The translations under genes were made by a program, and so were the position numbers. Source: an uncultured Woeseiaceae bacterium (GTDB lineage: Bacteria > Pseudomonadota > Gammaproteobacteria > Steroidobacterales > Woeseiaceae). Taken from it: a DNA stretch of 64,000 nt. Shown in pieces: positions 8,996-19,218 of the stretch. The stretch lies in NCBI GenBank assembly GCA_964628105.1, contig CAZVLT010000001.1:6073-70072 (forward strand), written 5' to 3'. How positions within the stretch are numbered: position 1 is the first letter of the stretch; each line of letters begins with the position of its first letter. A model generated the notes under the pieces. It was not told where the DNA came from, made no database searches, and saw only the letters and a program-made list of their open reading frames with translations.

Positions 8996-9192
8996 GTTAC
9001 TTACTCCATTCTACGAATTAGGTATTGCTTTCAACCATCAGATGCACGCCGGGGCGTATTTGGATGCACTATGATAAGCCTTTGTTTTTATTGACATAAA
9101 TATAGCCGACTGTGGGGCCAACGATGCCTCGCTAACCGAAATTCTGGTTGCAGCCTGAACCCGATCGCCCCCACCTGACGTTTATAACCGGC

Positions 9193-10050
9193 ATGAGATT
9201 CCTGAACAAACAACTGGCCCGCCTTCACGATCCGCGCTACTACCAGATTTTCGTCCTGAGCTTTCTGGTCGGCTACAGCATCACAATACTCGATTTCGGA
9301 ATACGTTGGCAGAACGTACTTGCGATTGTGGTCACCGCACTTGCGATGCAGTTTGTCGGTACGTTGTGTACCCGCTTGCCACGTTTCGATCCCCTGAGCC
9401 CGCTGATCACGTCCCTGTCCATCACCCTGCTGTTGCGCACTGACGAACTATTACTCGCCGCAATTGCCGCGTGCATCGCTATTGGCAGCAAATTCGTAAT
9501 CCGTTTTCGCGGCAAGCATATTTTCAATCCAGCCAATTTCGCGCTCGTTACGCTCATCCTGCTAAGCGATCAGGCCTGGTTTTCATCCGGCCAGTGGGGC
9601 AGCACGACGATCAATGCGTTTGGGTTGGCTTGCCTCGGGTTCCTGGTTCTTACACGCGCGAAACGTGCCGAAACAACCATCGCTTTCATCGCGATATACG
9701 CCGCATTGATGTTCGGCCGGGCGCTTTGGCTGCACGATCCATTCAGCATTCCCTTACACCAAATGCAGAACGGCGCATTGCTGATCTTTGCGTTTTTTAT
9801 GATTTCCGATCCGAAAACCACACCCAACACAGCTATTGGGCGAGTTTTGTACGCGGCACTGGTCGCCGGAATCGCATACACCATCCAGTTTATCTACTAC
9901 CAACCGAACGGCCCCATTATCGCGCTGATCATGTCAGCGCCGTTCGTACCGCTTATCGATGCGGTGCTGCGCGGTCGAATTTATCAATGGCACCAAGCGG
10001 CCAGCCGTGGAGCCGGTCCAATCAAAGGAGTTTACAAATGCGAATCCTAG
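9193..10050 (+). CDS. Polytopic membrane protein, RnfD/NqrB-superfamily-like
   Basis: Multiple TM helices and the motif FAFFMISDPKTTP, reminiscent of the FMxTDPxT motif of RnfD/NqrB. ATG 9193 is preferred over TTG 9148. Confidence 0.45.
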   Translation: MRFLNKQLARLHDPRYYQIFVLSFLVGYSITILDFGIRWQNVLAIVVTALAMQFVGTLCTRLPRFDPLSPLITSLSITLLLRTDELLLAAIAACIAIGSKFVIRFRGKHIFNPANFALVTLILLSDQAWFSSGQWGSTTINAFGLACLGFLVLTRAKRAETTIAFIAIYAALMFGRALWLHDPFSIPLHQMQNGALLIFAFFMISDPKTTPNTAIGRVLYAALVAGIAYTIQFIYYQPNGPIIALIMSAPFVPLIDAVLRGRIYQWHQAASRGAGPIKGVYKCES

Positions 10051-11381
10051 TTACCGTTATCGCCGCGGCGATGACCGTTGTCGTAACCACAACCGCACAG
10101 GCGTTTTGCGGATTTTACGTCGCACGGGCCGACACCAGTTTGTTCAATAGCGCCTCGCAGGTTGTCCTGGTTCGCGACGATAACCGCACGGTCATTACCA
10201 TGGCGAATGACTTCGAAGGCGATGTCGAGGACTTCGCGGTCGTTATTCCGGTGCCCACGATGATCGAACGTGAACAAATCAACGTTGGCGATCGCGCGAT
10301 TGTCCAGCATCTCGACGCCTACACCGCACCGCGGCTCGTTGAATATCACGACCCGGACCCCTGCATGCGCTACGAAGCGCTCAAGAGCATGTCCGACATG
10401 AGCCGCCCGCGCGCTATGTCGATGGAAGCAGCGAATCGTGCCGGGCGCTCGCTAGGCGTGACGATTGAAGCCCGATATACGGTTGGCGAATACGACATCC
10501 TCATATTGTCCGCAGAAGAAAGCGACGGTCTTATCCGCTGGCTTGACGACAACGACTACCGTATTCCGAAGGGTGCGAAAGCCGTTGTCGACAGCTACCT
10601 GAAGCAAGACATGCGTTTCTTCGTTGCCAAGGTGAATATCGAAGCCCAGTCAAAACTTGGCTACCAGTATCTTCGCCCGTTGCAGGTAGCATACGAAAGC
10701 AACAAATTCATGTTGCCAATTCGGCTCGGGACACTGAATGCGAAGGGCAAACAGGAACTGTATATTTATGCGTTAACGCGCACCGGACGGGTCGAAACGA
10801 CGAACTACCGAACCGTGAGACTGCCGAGCAACATGGAAGTACCGGAATTCGTCCAGGGCGAATTTGCTGACTTCTACCGCGCCATGTTCGACAAGCAGAC
10901 GAAGGCAGAAAACGAACGTGTCGTTTTTCTCGAGTATGCATGGGACATGGCCTGGTGCGATCCTTGCGCGGCGGATCCGTTGAGCGCGCAGGAACTGCGG
11001 CAGTTGGGTGTGTTCTGGACGGGCGAGAACGGCCGGGGCGGTAGCAAGATCGCGCCGATGCCTGCACAAAATGTATTCGTCACTCGTTTGCACGTCCGCT
11101 ACGACAGCAAACATTTTCCCGAGGACCTGGTGTTCCAGGAGACTGGCGACCGCCAGAACTACCAGGGTCGCTACGTGATTCGACACCCGTGGACCAGCGA
11201 TTCCAGCTGCGACGTCAGCCAGTACGAGGCCCAGGTGCGTGAACGCCAGGAACGCGAAGCGCAGGCGCTCGCGAATCTCACAGGCTGGGACATAAAGGAT
11301 ATCCGCGAAAAGATTAATTTCGCCGGCGGTATCGAACCAGTACTAAAGAAAGACCCCTGGTGGAAACGCCTCTGGGGCTGA
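10038..11381 (+). CDS. DUF2330-family secreted protein
   Basis: SD AAAGGAG (10024-10030) before ATG 10038. Signal peptide followed by the hallmark FCGFYV. The long upstream extension of ORF 9471..11381 is non-coding-looking overlap with the previous gene. Confidence 0.7.
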   Translation: MRILVTVIAAAMTVVVTTTAQAFCGFYVARADTSLFNSASQVVLVRDDNRTVITMANDFEGDVEDFAVVIPVPTMIEREQINVGDRAIVQHLDAYTAPRLVEYHDPDPCMRYEALKSMSDMSRPRAMSMEAANRAGRSLGVTIEARYTVGEYDILILSAEESDGLIRWLDDNDYRIPKGAKAVVDSYLKQDMRFFVAKVNIEAQSKLGYQYLRPLQVAYESNKFMLPIRLGTLNAKGKQELYIYALTRTGRVETTNYRTVRLPSNMEVPEFVQGEFADFYRAMFDKQTKAENERVVFLEYAWDMAWCDPCAADPLSAQELRQLGVFWTGENGRGGSKIAPMPAQNVFVTRLHVRYDSKHFPEDLVFQETGDRQNYQGRYVIRHPWTSDSSCDVSQYEAQVRERQEREAQALANLTGWDIKDIREKINFAGGIEPVLKKDPWWKRLWG

Positions 11382-11416
11382 TCAAGATAGCGCCAGGCCT
11401 GGACGAGAGGCTGCAG

Positions 11417-12472
11417 TTACCGGTATTGGTTCTGCAGCTTCTTCAATTCCTCCTCACCAGGGTGCAACCGGTCAAGTGGCAATTGCGACAATGGCGATTC
11501 CACATTGCCCATCAATTCGTGCATCTCGGCGCGTGATTCGTTGAGATACAACAAACCTGTCGTAATCTCGCCCGCATTGAAGCGCTCGCGCAAGTACTTG
11601 AATGAAGACGCACGGCTGGTCGGATCGTAATCCTTATCCACTTTGCGCAGGACAATAGTGCTGCCGTCATGCATTTTGATGGCCATCACATCACCATCTG
11701 CGTACGCCGCCTTGATTTCCTCGGCCGGCGGCACGTAGTCCATTTCGACTACATGGTGATAAAACTGCCGCGTGTGTGCATAGCTCTTGGTTGAGCCCTC
11801 ATGATCGTTAAACGTGACGCAAGGGCTGATAATATCGAGCAACGCAAAGCCACGATGCATCAATGCCCCCTTTAGCAGGGGTACAAGCTGTTCCTTGTCG
11901 CCCGAAAAACTTCGGGCGATGTAGGTCGCACCAAGACTTAATGCGGTGCTCACAGAATCGATTGGTTCCTGGGTATTTGCCTGGCCTTTCTTTGGCTTGC
12001 TGCCGAGGTCGGCGGACGCAGAAAATTGCCCTTTGGTTAGCCCGTAGACGCCATTGTTCTCAATGATGTAGCACATATTGAGGTTACGTCGGATCGCATG
12101 CACAAATTGCCCGACACCGATGGATAAAGAATCGCCGTCACCCGATACACCAATGTAGGTCAAGTCGCGATTCGCGGCGTTCGCACCGGTCGTTACCGAC
12201 GCCATCCGACCATGCACCGAGTTGAATCCGTGCGCCTGGCTGACGAAATACGCCGGTGTTTTCGATGAACATCCAATACCACTCATCTTGGCCAGCATTT
12301 GCGGTTCGACGTTGAGTTCGAACACCGCCTGGATGATCGCGGCGGTTATGGAGTCATGGCCGCATCCCGCGCACAGCGTCGAAACCGTACCCTCGTAGTC
12401 GCGTGAGGTCAGGCCGAGTTTGTTTTTCGGCATGCCGGGATGAGTAACTTTTGGTTTCGCTATGTAACTCAC
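11417..12472 (-). CDS. korB: 2-oxoacid:acceptor (ferredoxin) oxidoreductase, beta subunit (TPP-binding)
   Basis: CAGCGH ... GIGCS ... GDGDSLSIG TPP/Fe-S motifs typical of KorB-type beta subunits. Confidence 0.9.
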   Translation of the reverse strand: MSYIAKPKVTHPGMPKNKLGLTSRDYEGTVSTLCAGCGHDSITAAIIQAVFELNVEPQMLAKMSGIGCSSKTPAYFVSQAHGFNSVHGRMASVTTGANAANRDLTYIGVSGDGDSLSIGVGQFVHAIRRNLNMCYIIENNGVYGLTKGQFSASADLGSKPKKGQANTQEPIDSVSTALSLGATYIARSFSGDKEQLVPLLKGALMHRGFALLDIISPCVTFNDHEGSTKSYAHTRQFYHHVVEMDYVPPAEEIKAAYADGDVMAIKMHDGSTIVLRKVDKDYDPTSRASSFKYLRERFNAGEITTGLLYLNESRAEMHELMGNVESPLSQLPLDRLHPGEEELKKLQNQYR

Positions 12473-12487
12473 AATCGATATCCGCGC

Positions 12488-14326
12488 TTAGGCCGCGCGC
12501 CCCTTGGCAATTTCTTCGAGAACCTTGTCGACAACAAATCCGGAATTAATCGGTGTGCCATTATAATGCAATAGTGATACGAGTTTCGTCTGATCAGCCT
12601 CTATGTCATTTATCAACAACGTCCGCAATTGTCCGTCGCGATTTTGCTCAACCACGTAAATAACATCATGCTGTTTGATGAATTCACCGACCTCGTCGCT
12701 AAATGGAAACGCCTTGATGCGGCAGTAATTGAGACCCATATCTTGTCGCTTAAGTCGATCCAGCGCCTCGTTACACGCACTGTCGCCGCTACCCACCGTA
12801 AGCAAGGCGGCTCGATTGAACTTGGAATAACGAATTTCCGGTTTCGGCATAATCGAGCGCGCCGTCTCCCATTTCACCAGCAGCCTGTCCACGACGTCCT
12901 GGTACGCGTTGGGGTCCTCCGTGTAGGCACCGAATTTCGTATGGCCCGAGCCACGCGTGAAATACGAGCCCTTCGGGTGTACACCGGGCAGCGATCGATA
13001 GGGTATGCCGTCACCGTCAACATCCATGTAACGATAGAACACCTCTATCTCTTCGAGCTCTTCAGCGCTAAGCACCTTGCCACGATCTGGCACGTAGCTC
13101 TTATCCCATTCGAGCTCCGGGACCATCCAGTCGTTCATGCCAATATCCAGATCGGACATGACCATGACCGGGGTCTGCAATCGCTCCGCCATGTCGAACG
13201 CCTGCAGCGCCGTGTAGAAGCACTCAGCAGGATTCGCCGGAAACAGGAGCACATGTTTGGTGTCGCCATGCGAGGCGTAGGCGCAGCAAAGCATGTCGCT
13301 TTGCTGCGTCCGCGTCGGCATGCCGGTCGACGGCCCTGTTCGCTGCACGTTGAAAATCACTGCCGGTATTTCGGCGTAATACGCGTAGCCGAGGAACTCG
13401 CTCATCAAAGAAATACCCGGACCACTTGTCGACGTGAAGGAGCGCGCGCCATTCCATGCAGCGCCGAGCACCATGCCGATTGCGGCAAGCTCATCCTCAG
13501 CTTGAATGATGCAGTAGGTGCGCTTACCCGTTTCGGGATCGACACGGTATTGCGCACAAAAATCACGAAACGCATCCATCAGTGACGTTGACGGCGTGAT
13601 TGGATACCAGGCGCCAACCGTCGCGCCTGCGTACATGCAGCCAAGACCCGCGGCCGTATTGCCATCGATGACGATCTGTCCGGCCGTTGCATCCATCGCC
13701 TGCACGCGCATCGGCAATGGACACGAAACATGTTCCCTGGCGTAGTCAAACCCTAAGCGAATCGCATCCATGTTGGAGGCAATCATATGTGCTTTGGCAG
13801 CGAACGTTTCTTCGAGCAACCCCGTAATAATGTCGAGATCAATGTCGAGCAGCGCCGCGACCGCGCCGACGTACGCAATATTCTTCATCAATATTCGTGC
13901 GCGAACCCCGTCGAAATGTTCGTTACACATTCTCGAGAATGGAATACCGATGATCGTAATATCGTCACGACTCAGCAAGCTGTTGCGCGGCCAGGTTGAA
14001 TCGTAAATCAGCCAGCCGCCAGATTTAACCTCGGCCATGTCCCTTACATACGTCTGCGCATTCATCGCAACCATGACGTCGACGCGATTCGATCGCGACT
14101 GGTAACCATCACCCGTCACACGAATTTCGTACCAGGTGGGTAAACCCTGAATATTGGATGGAAAATAGTTCTTGCCGACGACCGGCACGCCCATGCGGAA
14201 GATCGCTTTCCTCAATAAGCCGTTCGCGCTGGCAGAGCCGGTACCGTTGACCGTGGCAATCTTTATTACGACGTCGTTTACGGTTGCCACAAATCGACCT
14301 TTACGCGCCAGATCCGCCGCCGGCAA
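12488..14326 (-). CDS. korA: 2-oxoacid:acceptor oxidoreductase, alpha subunit (fused gamma-alpha type)
   Basis: 612 aa. N-terminal GTGSASANGLL gamma-like domain plus the alpha domain (YPITPST, GPGISLM). An alternative GTG start at 14290 would remove the 26-nt overlap with the upstream gene. Confidence 0.9.
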   Translation of the reverse strand: MPAADLARKGRFVATVNDVVIKIATVNGTGSASANGLLRKAIFRMGVPVVGKNYFPSNIQGLPTWYEIRVTGDGYQSRSNRVDVMVAMNAQTYVRDMAEVKSGGWLIYDSTWPRNSLLSRDDITIIGIPFSRMCNEHFDGVRARILMKNIAYVGAVAALLDIDLDIITGLLEETFAAKAHMIASNMDAIRLGFDYAREHVSCPLPMRVQAMDATAGQIVIDGNTAAGLGCMYAGATVGAWYPITPSTSLMDAFRDFCAQYRVDPETGKRTYCIIQAEDELAAIGMVLGAAWNGARSFTSTSGPGISLMSEFLGYAYYAEIPAVIFNVQRTGPSTGMPTRTQQSDMLCCAYASHGDTKHVLLFPANPAECFYTALQAFDMAERLQTPVMVMSDLDIGMNDWMVPELEWDKSYVPDRGKVLSAEELEEIEVFYRYMDVDGDGIPYRSLPGVHPKGSYFTRGSGHTKFGAYTEDPNAYQDVVDRLLVKWETARSIMPKPEIRYSKFNRAALLTVGSGDSACNEALDRLKRQDMGLNYCRIKAFPFSDEVGEFIKQHDVIYVVEQNRDGQLRTLLINDIEADQTKLVSLLHYNGTPINSGFVVDKVLEEIAKGRAA

Positions 14327-16118
14327 CTTTTACTCGCTCGCCTGGTAATTCATCTCCTGCGTAGGCGATGAGAAGCTCCGATTTTTGCATGTCCCACGCT
14401 CCCGTGGGGCAGCGCTCAGCACATAGACTGCAGTGCACACAAAGATCTTCGTCTTTCACCATGACCCGCCCGGTATGCGGCAAGCCTGCGGATACATAGA
14501 GCGCCTGCTCGTGATTCTCGGCTGGCGCGGCTAACCTGCCGCGCAGGTCCTGCTCGTCGCCATTGTGGGTGATCGTAAGGCAATTCACCGGACAGATATC
14601 GAGGCATGCATCGCACTCGATGCACAAGTCTGCTGCAAACACCGTTTGTATATCGCAGTTGAGACAGCGTTCAACTTCCTTGATCGTCTGTTCGAGCGTG
14701 AACCCGAGCTCAACCTCGATATCGAGTTTCTTGAAGCGCTTCTTGAGGTCGACGTGCGGCATCAACCTGCGCGATGCGGGGTCATAATCGTTGGAAAAGC
14801 TCCACTCGTGCATGCCCATCTTCTGGCTCAACAGATTCTGACCGTCCGGCAGGCGATCTTCGATATCCTCATTCTGGCAGTAACGGTGCATCGAGATTGC
14901 TGCCTGGTGGCCATGTTCTACTGCCCAAATGATATTTTTCGGGCCGAAGGCTGAATCGCCACCAAAGAACACGCCGTCGCGGGTACACATCATGGTCGTT
15001 TCATTGACGACCGGGCAATCCCACTCATCGAATTCGATACCGATGTCGTGTTCGACCCAGGGAAACGCGTTTTCCTGACCAATCGCCAGAATGACGTCGT
15101 CACAGGGAATGATCGTCTCGCCAGTTACCGTGCCGCGATCAATACCGCCGTCTGCGTCGACGTTGTATTCCATCAAGTCAAACTTCATGCCGACCAGTTT
15201 GCCATCTTCGATGACAAACTCTGTCGGCGAATGGTTTACGACGATCTCAATTTCTTCCTCTTCAGCATCTTCAAGCTCCCATGTCGACGCCTTGAAAAAA
15301 CCGCGCGGCTTCCTGGCCATGACCTTGACGTCCTCCGCACCCAGTCGCAGCGAGGACCTGCAACAGTCCATGGCTGTATTTCCAACGCCGATGATGAGCA
15401 CGCGCTTGCCTATCGAATCGACATGCTCGAACGCAACCGATTCCAGCCAGTCGATGCCGATATAAATGCGCTCTGAGTCGTAACGACCCGGAAGTTCCAG
15501 ATTCTTGCCGCGCGGCGCGCCCGTTCCCAGGAAAACAGCGTCATAATCATCGTCGAGCAACCCTTTAAGACTCTCAATGGGGTGGTTCAGCTTGAGGTCG
15601 ACTCCCATGTCGAGTATGTAGCCGATCTCTTCGTCGAGGACCTTGGGCGGCAACCGGAACTGTGGAATATTCGTGCGCATCAGGCCACCGGTTGTCTTGA
15701 GCGCCTCGAAAATCGTCACCTCGTAACCGAGCGGTCGCAAGTCGTTCGCTACGGTCAACGATGCACAACCAGCACCTATCAAAGCTACCTTCTTGCCGTT
15801 AGATACTTCAGGCGCTCGCGGCAGACGATCGGTGATGTCATCACGATGATCGGCGGCGACGCGCTTCAGGCGGCAAATGGCGACAGGCTTGTCTTCAACC
15901 CGGCCACGACGACATACCGGCTCGCAAGGTCGATCACAGACCCGGCCCAGTATCCCTGGAAAAACATTGGAATTGCGGTTCTCCATGTACGCATCGGAGA
16001 ATTGCCCCTGGGCAATCATGCGGATATACGCGGGAACATCGGTGTGGGCGGGGCAGCCCCACTGGCAATCGACAACCTTGTGAAAGTAGTCGGGGTTGGA
16101 GGTATCTGTTGGCTTCAT
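14301..16118 (-). CDS. GltD-like NAD(P)H flavoprotein fused to a C-terminal 2x[4Fe-4S] ferredoxin domain
   Basis: N-terminal Cys cluster (CQWGCPAHTDVPAY ... CDRPCEPVCRRG). Rossmann GAGCASLTVA and IIGVGNTAMDC. C-terminal CLNCDIQ...CIECDACLDICP and CVHCSLCAERCP. Confidence 0.8.
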   Translation of the reverse strand: MKPTDTSNPDYFHKVVDCQWGCPAHTDVPAYIRMIAQGQFSDAYMENRNSNVFPGILGRVCDRPCEPVCRRGRVEDKPVAICRLKRVAADHRDDITDRLPRAPEVSNGKKVALIGAGCASLTVANDLRPLGYEVTIFEALKTTGGLMRTNIPQFRLPPKVLDEEIGYILDMGVDLKLNHPIESLKGLLDDDYDAVFLGTGAPRGKNLELPGRYDSERIYIGIDWLESVAFEHVDSIGKRVLIIGVGNTAMDCCRSSLRLGAEDVKVMARKPRGFFKASTWELEDAEEEEIEIVVNHSPTEFVIEDGKLVGMKFDLMEYNVDADGGIDRGTVTGETIIPCDDVILAIGQENAFPWVEHDIGIEFDEWDCPVVNETTMMCTRDGVFFGGDSAFGPKNIIWAVEHGHQAAISMHRYCQNEDIEDRLPDGQNLLSQKMGMHEWSFSNDYDPASRRLMPHVDLKKRFKKLDIEVELGFTLEQTIKEVERCLNCDIQTVFAADLCIECDACLDICPVNCLTITHNGDEQDLRGRLAAPAENHEQALYVSAGLPHTGRVMVKDEDLCVHCSLCAERCPTGAWDMQKSELLIAYAGDELPGERVKVAGGGSGA

Positions 16119-16224
16119 TCAGGTGTTCAAGCCAGGCATATCCCTTCACCTGGCATCAGTTCGGCGGTCCCGTATGGGCGCTAGCATAGCGAGATCACAG
16201 GGAAAGTAAACAGTTTCTATACGG

Positions 16225-17565
16225 CTAACGAGCACGCCCGAATTCAAGCCTCTGGCCGGCAACGTTGCCGCTAAGACTACCGTCTGTATAGACCACCTCG
16301 CCGTTGACAATCGTCGTGTCAATCGATGCCGGGAACTCATGCCCACTGAATGGCGACCATTGGCACTTGCTGAGAAGATTTGCTTCGCTTACGAGATAGG
16401 GCTTCTCCGGATCTACAATTACGAGGTCCGCGAACCACCCTTCCCTGACGTAACCGCGTTCGGCAACGCCAAAAATATCCGCCGGCGCGTGACATGCGCG
16501 CTCCACGATCAATTCAACGTCGATTTTCCCACTGGCTACGAGCTCGAACAGCGTCATCAACGCGTGTTGTACCAGCGGCAAACCGGCAGGCACTTTAAAG
16601 TAACTCTGCGCTTTTTCAGCAGAAGTATGCGGCGCATGATCCGTGGCGATGATGTCCAGTCGTCCGTCGTTGAGCGCGACAATCAGTGCCTCACGATCCT
16701 GCGCACTCTTGACCGCCGGGTTGCATTTGATTTCTGCGCCGAGTCGCTCGTAGTGAGAATCATCGAACCAAAGATGATGTACGCAGACTTCGGCTGTAAT
16801 GCGTTTCTCGGAACGATGGGCCTTGGAGAAAAGACCCATTTCAACCGCAGTTGTCAGGTGCAGGACGTGCAGCAGAGCTTCATGGCGCGTGGCGAGATCC
16901 ACGGCCAATGTCGACGAATCCAGGCATACCTGCGCATTCCGAATCTGTGGATGCTCACTGAATGGCACCTCTTCACCAAACTCGGCCCGCGCTTTCGCTT
17001 CATTCTCCCAAATTGTCGGCGAGTGTTCGCAGTGCGTGACCACGATGACCGGCGCGTGCTCAAACAGATTTTCCAGCGCTACCGGGTCATCTACTAGCAT
17101 GTCGCCGGTAGACGCACCCATGAATGCCTTGATGCCGCAGGCTTCGCCAACCTGCAGCGCCTTAATCTCTTCGATGTTGCTGTTCGTCGCACCCATGTAG
17201 AACCCGTAATTTGCATTACAGCGGTGCTCCGCAATGGCGTATTTGGCTACCAGGGCATCACGTGTCGTTGTTTGCGGATCGACGTTCGGCATATCCATGA
17301 AACTCGTAATTCCGCCAGCGACAGCTGCGGCCGACTCGGTCGCCAGATCGGCCTTATGAGTCATTCCCGGTTCACGAAAATGCACCTGATCGTCGATCAT
17401 GCCTGGCAACAGGTACTTGCCCGCCGCATCGATGACCTCGGCGTTTTCCGGCGTTTGAATATGCGTGCCGATCTTCGAGATGCGATCGCCTTCAATCAGT
17501 ACGTCCACCTCCCGGATCTCGCCTTCGTTGACGAGACGTGAGTTGGCAATCAGAAGCTTCTTCAA
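16225..17565 (-). CDS. pyrC: Dihydroorotase (long, DHOase/allantoinase-type amidohydrolase)
   Basis: 446 aa. DDQVHFREPG metal-binding motif, IATDHAPH, and amidohydrolase fold pattern. Confidence 0.8.
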   Translation of the reverse strand: MKKLLIANSRLVNEGEIREVDVLIEGDRISKIGTHIQTPENAEVIDAAGKYLLPGMIDDQVHFREPGMTHKADLATESAAAVAGGITSFMDMPNVDPQTTTRDALVAKYAIAEHRCNANYGFYMGATNSNIEEIKALQVGEACGIKAFMGASTGDMLVDDPVALENLFEHAPVIVVTHCEHSPTIWENEAKARAEFGEEVPFSEHPQIRNAQVCLDSSTLAVDLATRHEALLHVLHLTTAVEMGLFSKAHRSEKRITAEVCVHHLWFDDSHYERLGAEIKCNPAVKSAQDREALIVALNDGRLDIIATDHAPHTSAEKAQSYFKVPAGLPLVQHALMTLFELVASGKIDVELIVERACHAPADIFGVAERGYVREGWFADLVIVDPEKPYLVSEANLLSKCQWSPFSGHEFPASIDTTIVNGEVVYTDGSLSGNVAGQRLEFGRAR

Positions 17566-17700
17566 TCGGGTGTCCTTGCGAGCTTTGAGACCGCATTATG
17601 AAAGGGTCAGACAATGATTGCCACGGTAACAAACGCCTGGCCTTTGCGGACAGCCGCCCGGTGTGCGATAACCGCGTTTCTGACCAACACGCTCAAACAA

Positions 17701-19218
17701 ATGAAAAACGCTGACTACCTTGATTTGATCCGAGACGCACAGGTCTACGATGTTGCGCTCGAGACACCGCTCGAGCTTGCGGGAAAGCTCTCTGCGAGAC
17801 TGGACAACCACATCCTCATGAAACGCGAGGACTTGCAACCTATCTTCTCATTCAAGTTGCGCGGAGCCTACAACAAGATTGCCAACCTCAGCACGGACGA
17901 AGTTGCAAACGGCGTAATTTGCAGCTCGGCGGGCAACCATGCGCAGGGCGTCGCACTGGCAGCAAGAAAACGGGGCCTGCGTGCGGTAATCGTAATGCCC
18001 GTGACGACTCCTGCGATAAAAACCGATGCGGTTCGTGCTCTTGGGGGCGAGGTTATCTTGCATGGTGACACCTACGAGGATGCTTACGAGCGCGCACGCG
18101 ACCTCGAAAGCGAACAGCAGCTTGTGTTTATCCACCCCTTCGATGACCCCCTCGTTATTGCCGGCCAGGGCACCATTGGCGCGGAAATTCTGCGCCAGGC
18201 TGAGGGCGACATAGATGCGATTTTTGTGCCCATAGGTGGCGGCGGATTAATCGCGGGCATTGCGGCCTGCGTCAAGCTGCAGGATCCGCAGATACGAATA
18301 GTCGGTGTCGAACCTGACGATTCCGCCGCGATGCGCGACTCGCTGGCGGCCGGCCAACCCGTGACACTGGATCACGTTGGGATTTTTGCTGATGGTGTCG
18401 CCGTCAGGCGGGTCGGGGACGAGACTTTCAGGTTATGCCAGGAATACGTCGATGAGATTATTACCGTCAACACGGATCAATGCTGCGCTGCGATTCGCGA
18501 CATTTTCGAGGACACGCGTTCGATCGTCGAGCCGGCAGGTGGTTTGGCTATTGCCGGCGCGAAGAAGTATGTCATCGACAACGACGTGACTGACCAGACA
18601 CTTGTAACGATCAATTGCGGTGCCAATGTCAACTTCGACCGCCTGCGGCACATCGCCGAACGCGCGGCTGTCGGCGACCAGGTCGAGATGTTGATCGCAG
18701 CAGAAATCCCCGAGGAACCCGGCAGCTTTCGGCATTTTTGTGAAGTGCTCGGACGGCGCGGAATCACTGAGTTCAATTATCGCTATGCCGATACCAAGAA
18801 GGCGCATATTTTCGTCGGTGTGCAATTGACAGACGGCCAGCAAGAGCGCGCCGGGCTCATATCGAAGCTGGGAAATGCGGGTTTTCGGGCGGTTGATCTG
18901 AGCGATAACGAAACCGCCAAACTACATGTTCGGCATATGGTAGGTGGTTCGTCCGCGGGCCTCGCAAATGAACGCTTGTTTCGATTTGAGTTTCCGGAGC
19001 GTCCGGGTGCCCTACTCGACTTTCTAAACGCGATCGGTACGGACTGGAACATCAGTTTGTTTCATTATCGCAACCACGGCTCGGACCACGGCCGGGTATT
19101 GGCTGGAATCGATGTTCCCAAGGATGAAAGCAATAAACTTGAAGCGCACCTCACTGAGTTGGGGTATGCGTTCTGGGAAGAGAGCGATAATCCGGCCTAC
19201 ACGATGTTCCTGCGCTAG
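17701..19218 (+). CDS. ilvA: Biosynthetic threonine ammonia-lyase (threonine dehydratase) with two C-terminal ACT-like regulatory domains
   Basis: PLP site SFKLRGAYNK, GGGGLIAG. About 505 aa from ATG 17701; the track ORF starts at 17614, and that extension looks non-coding. Confidence 0.9.
   Translation: MKNADYLDLIRDAQVYDVALETPLELAGKLSARLDNHILMKREDLQPIFSFKLRGAYNKIANLSTDEVANGVICSSAGNHAQGVALAARKRGLRAVIVMPVTTPAIKTDAVRALGGEVILHGDTYEDAYERARDLESEQQLVFIHPFDDPLVIAGQGTIGAEILRQAEGDIDAIFVPIGGGGLIAGIAACVKLQDPQIRIVGVEPDDSAAMRDSLAAGQPVTLDHVGIFADGVAVRRVGDETFRLCQEYVDEIITVNTDQCCAAIRDIFEDTRSIVEPAGGLAIAGAKKYVIDNDVTDQTLVTINCGANVNFDRLRHIAERAAVGDQVEMLIAAEIPEEPGSFRHFCEVLGRRGITEFNYRYADTKKAHIFVGVQLTDGQQERAGLISKLGNAGFRAVDLSDNETAKLHVRHMVGGSSAGLANERLFRFEFPERPGALLDFLNAIGTDWNISLFHYRNHGSDHGRVLAGIDVPKDESNKLEAHLTELGYAFWEESDNPAYTMFLR

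Noticed and set aside
8996-9147. ECF-type autoregulatory promoter (GGAAC-N16-CGTC-like) or TTGACA (9091-9096) sigma70 promoter in the divergent region
   Set aside because: No -10 lies at proper spacing from TTGACA, and no convincing ECF -35/-10 pair is visible on the minus strand.
9471-10037. Long N-terminal extension of the DUF2330 ORF (track ORF 9471..11381, 636 aa)
   Set aside because: The extension overlaps the RnfD-like gene in another frame and translates to Arg/His-rich non-protein-like sequence. ATG 10038 has a good SD and yields a signal peptide.
12629-13585. 318-aa plus-strand ORF antisense to korA. Similar long antisense ORFs occur at 21235..22191, 22460..23385, 36498..37217, 47191..47991, 61289..62056 and 61338..62132.
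   Set aside because: These are shadow ORFs typical of GC-rich coding DNA. The translations are Arg/His/Gln-rich and lack motifs, and the opposite strand carries unambiguous conserved proteins.
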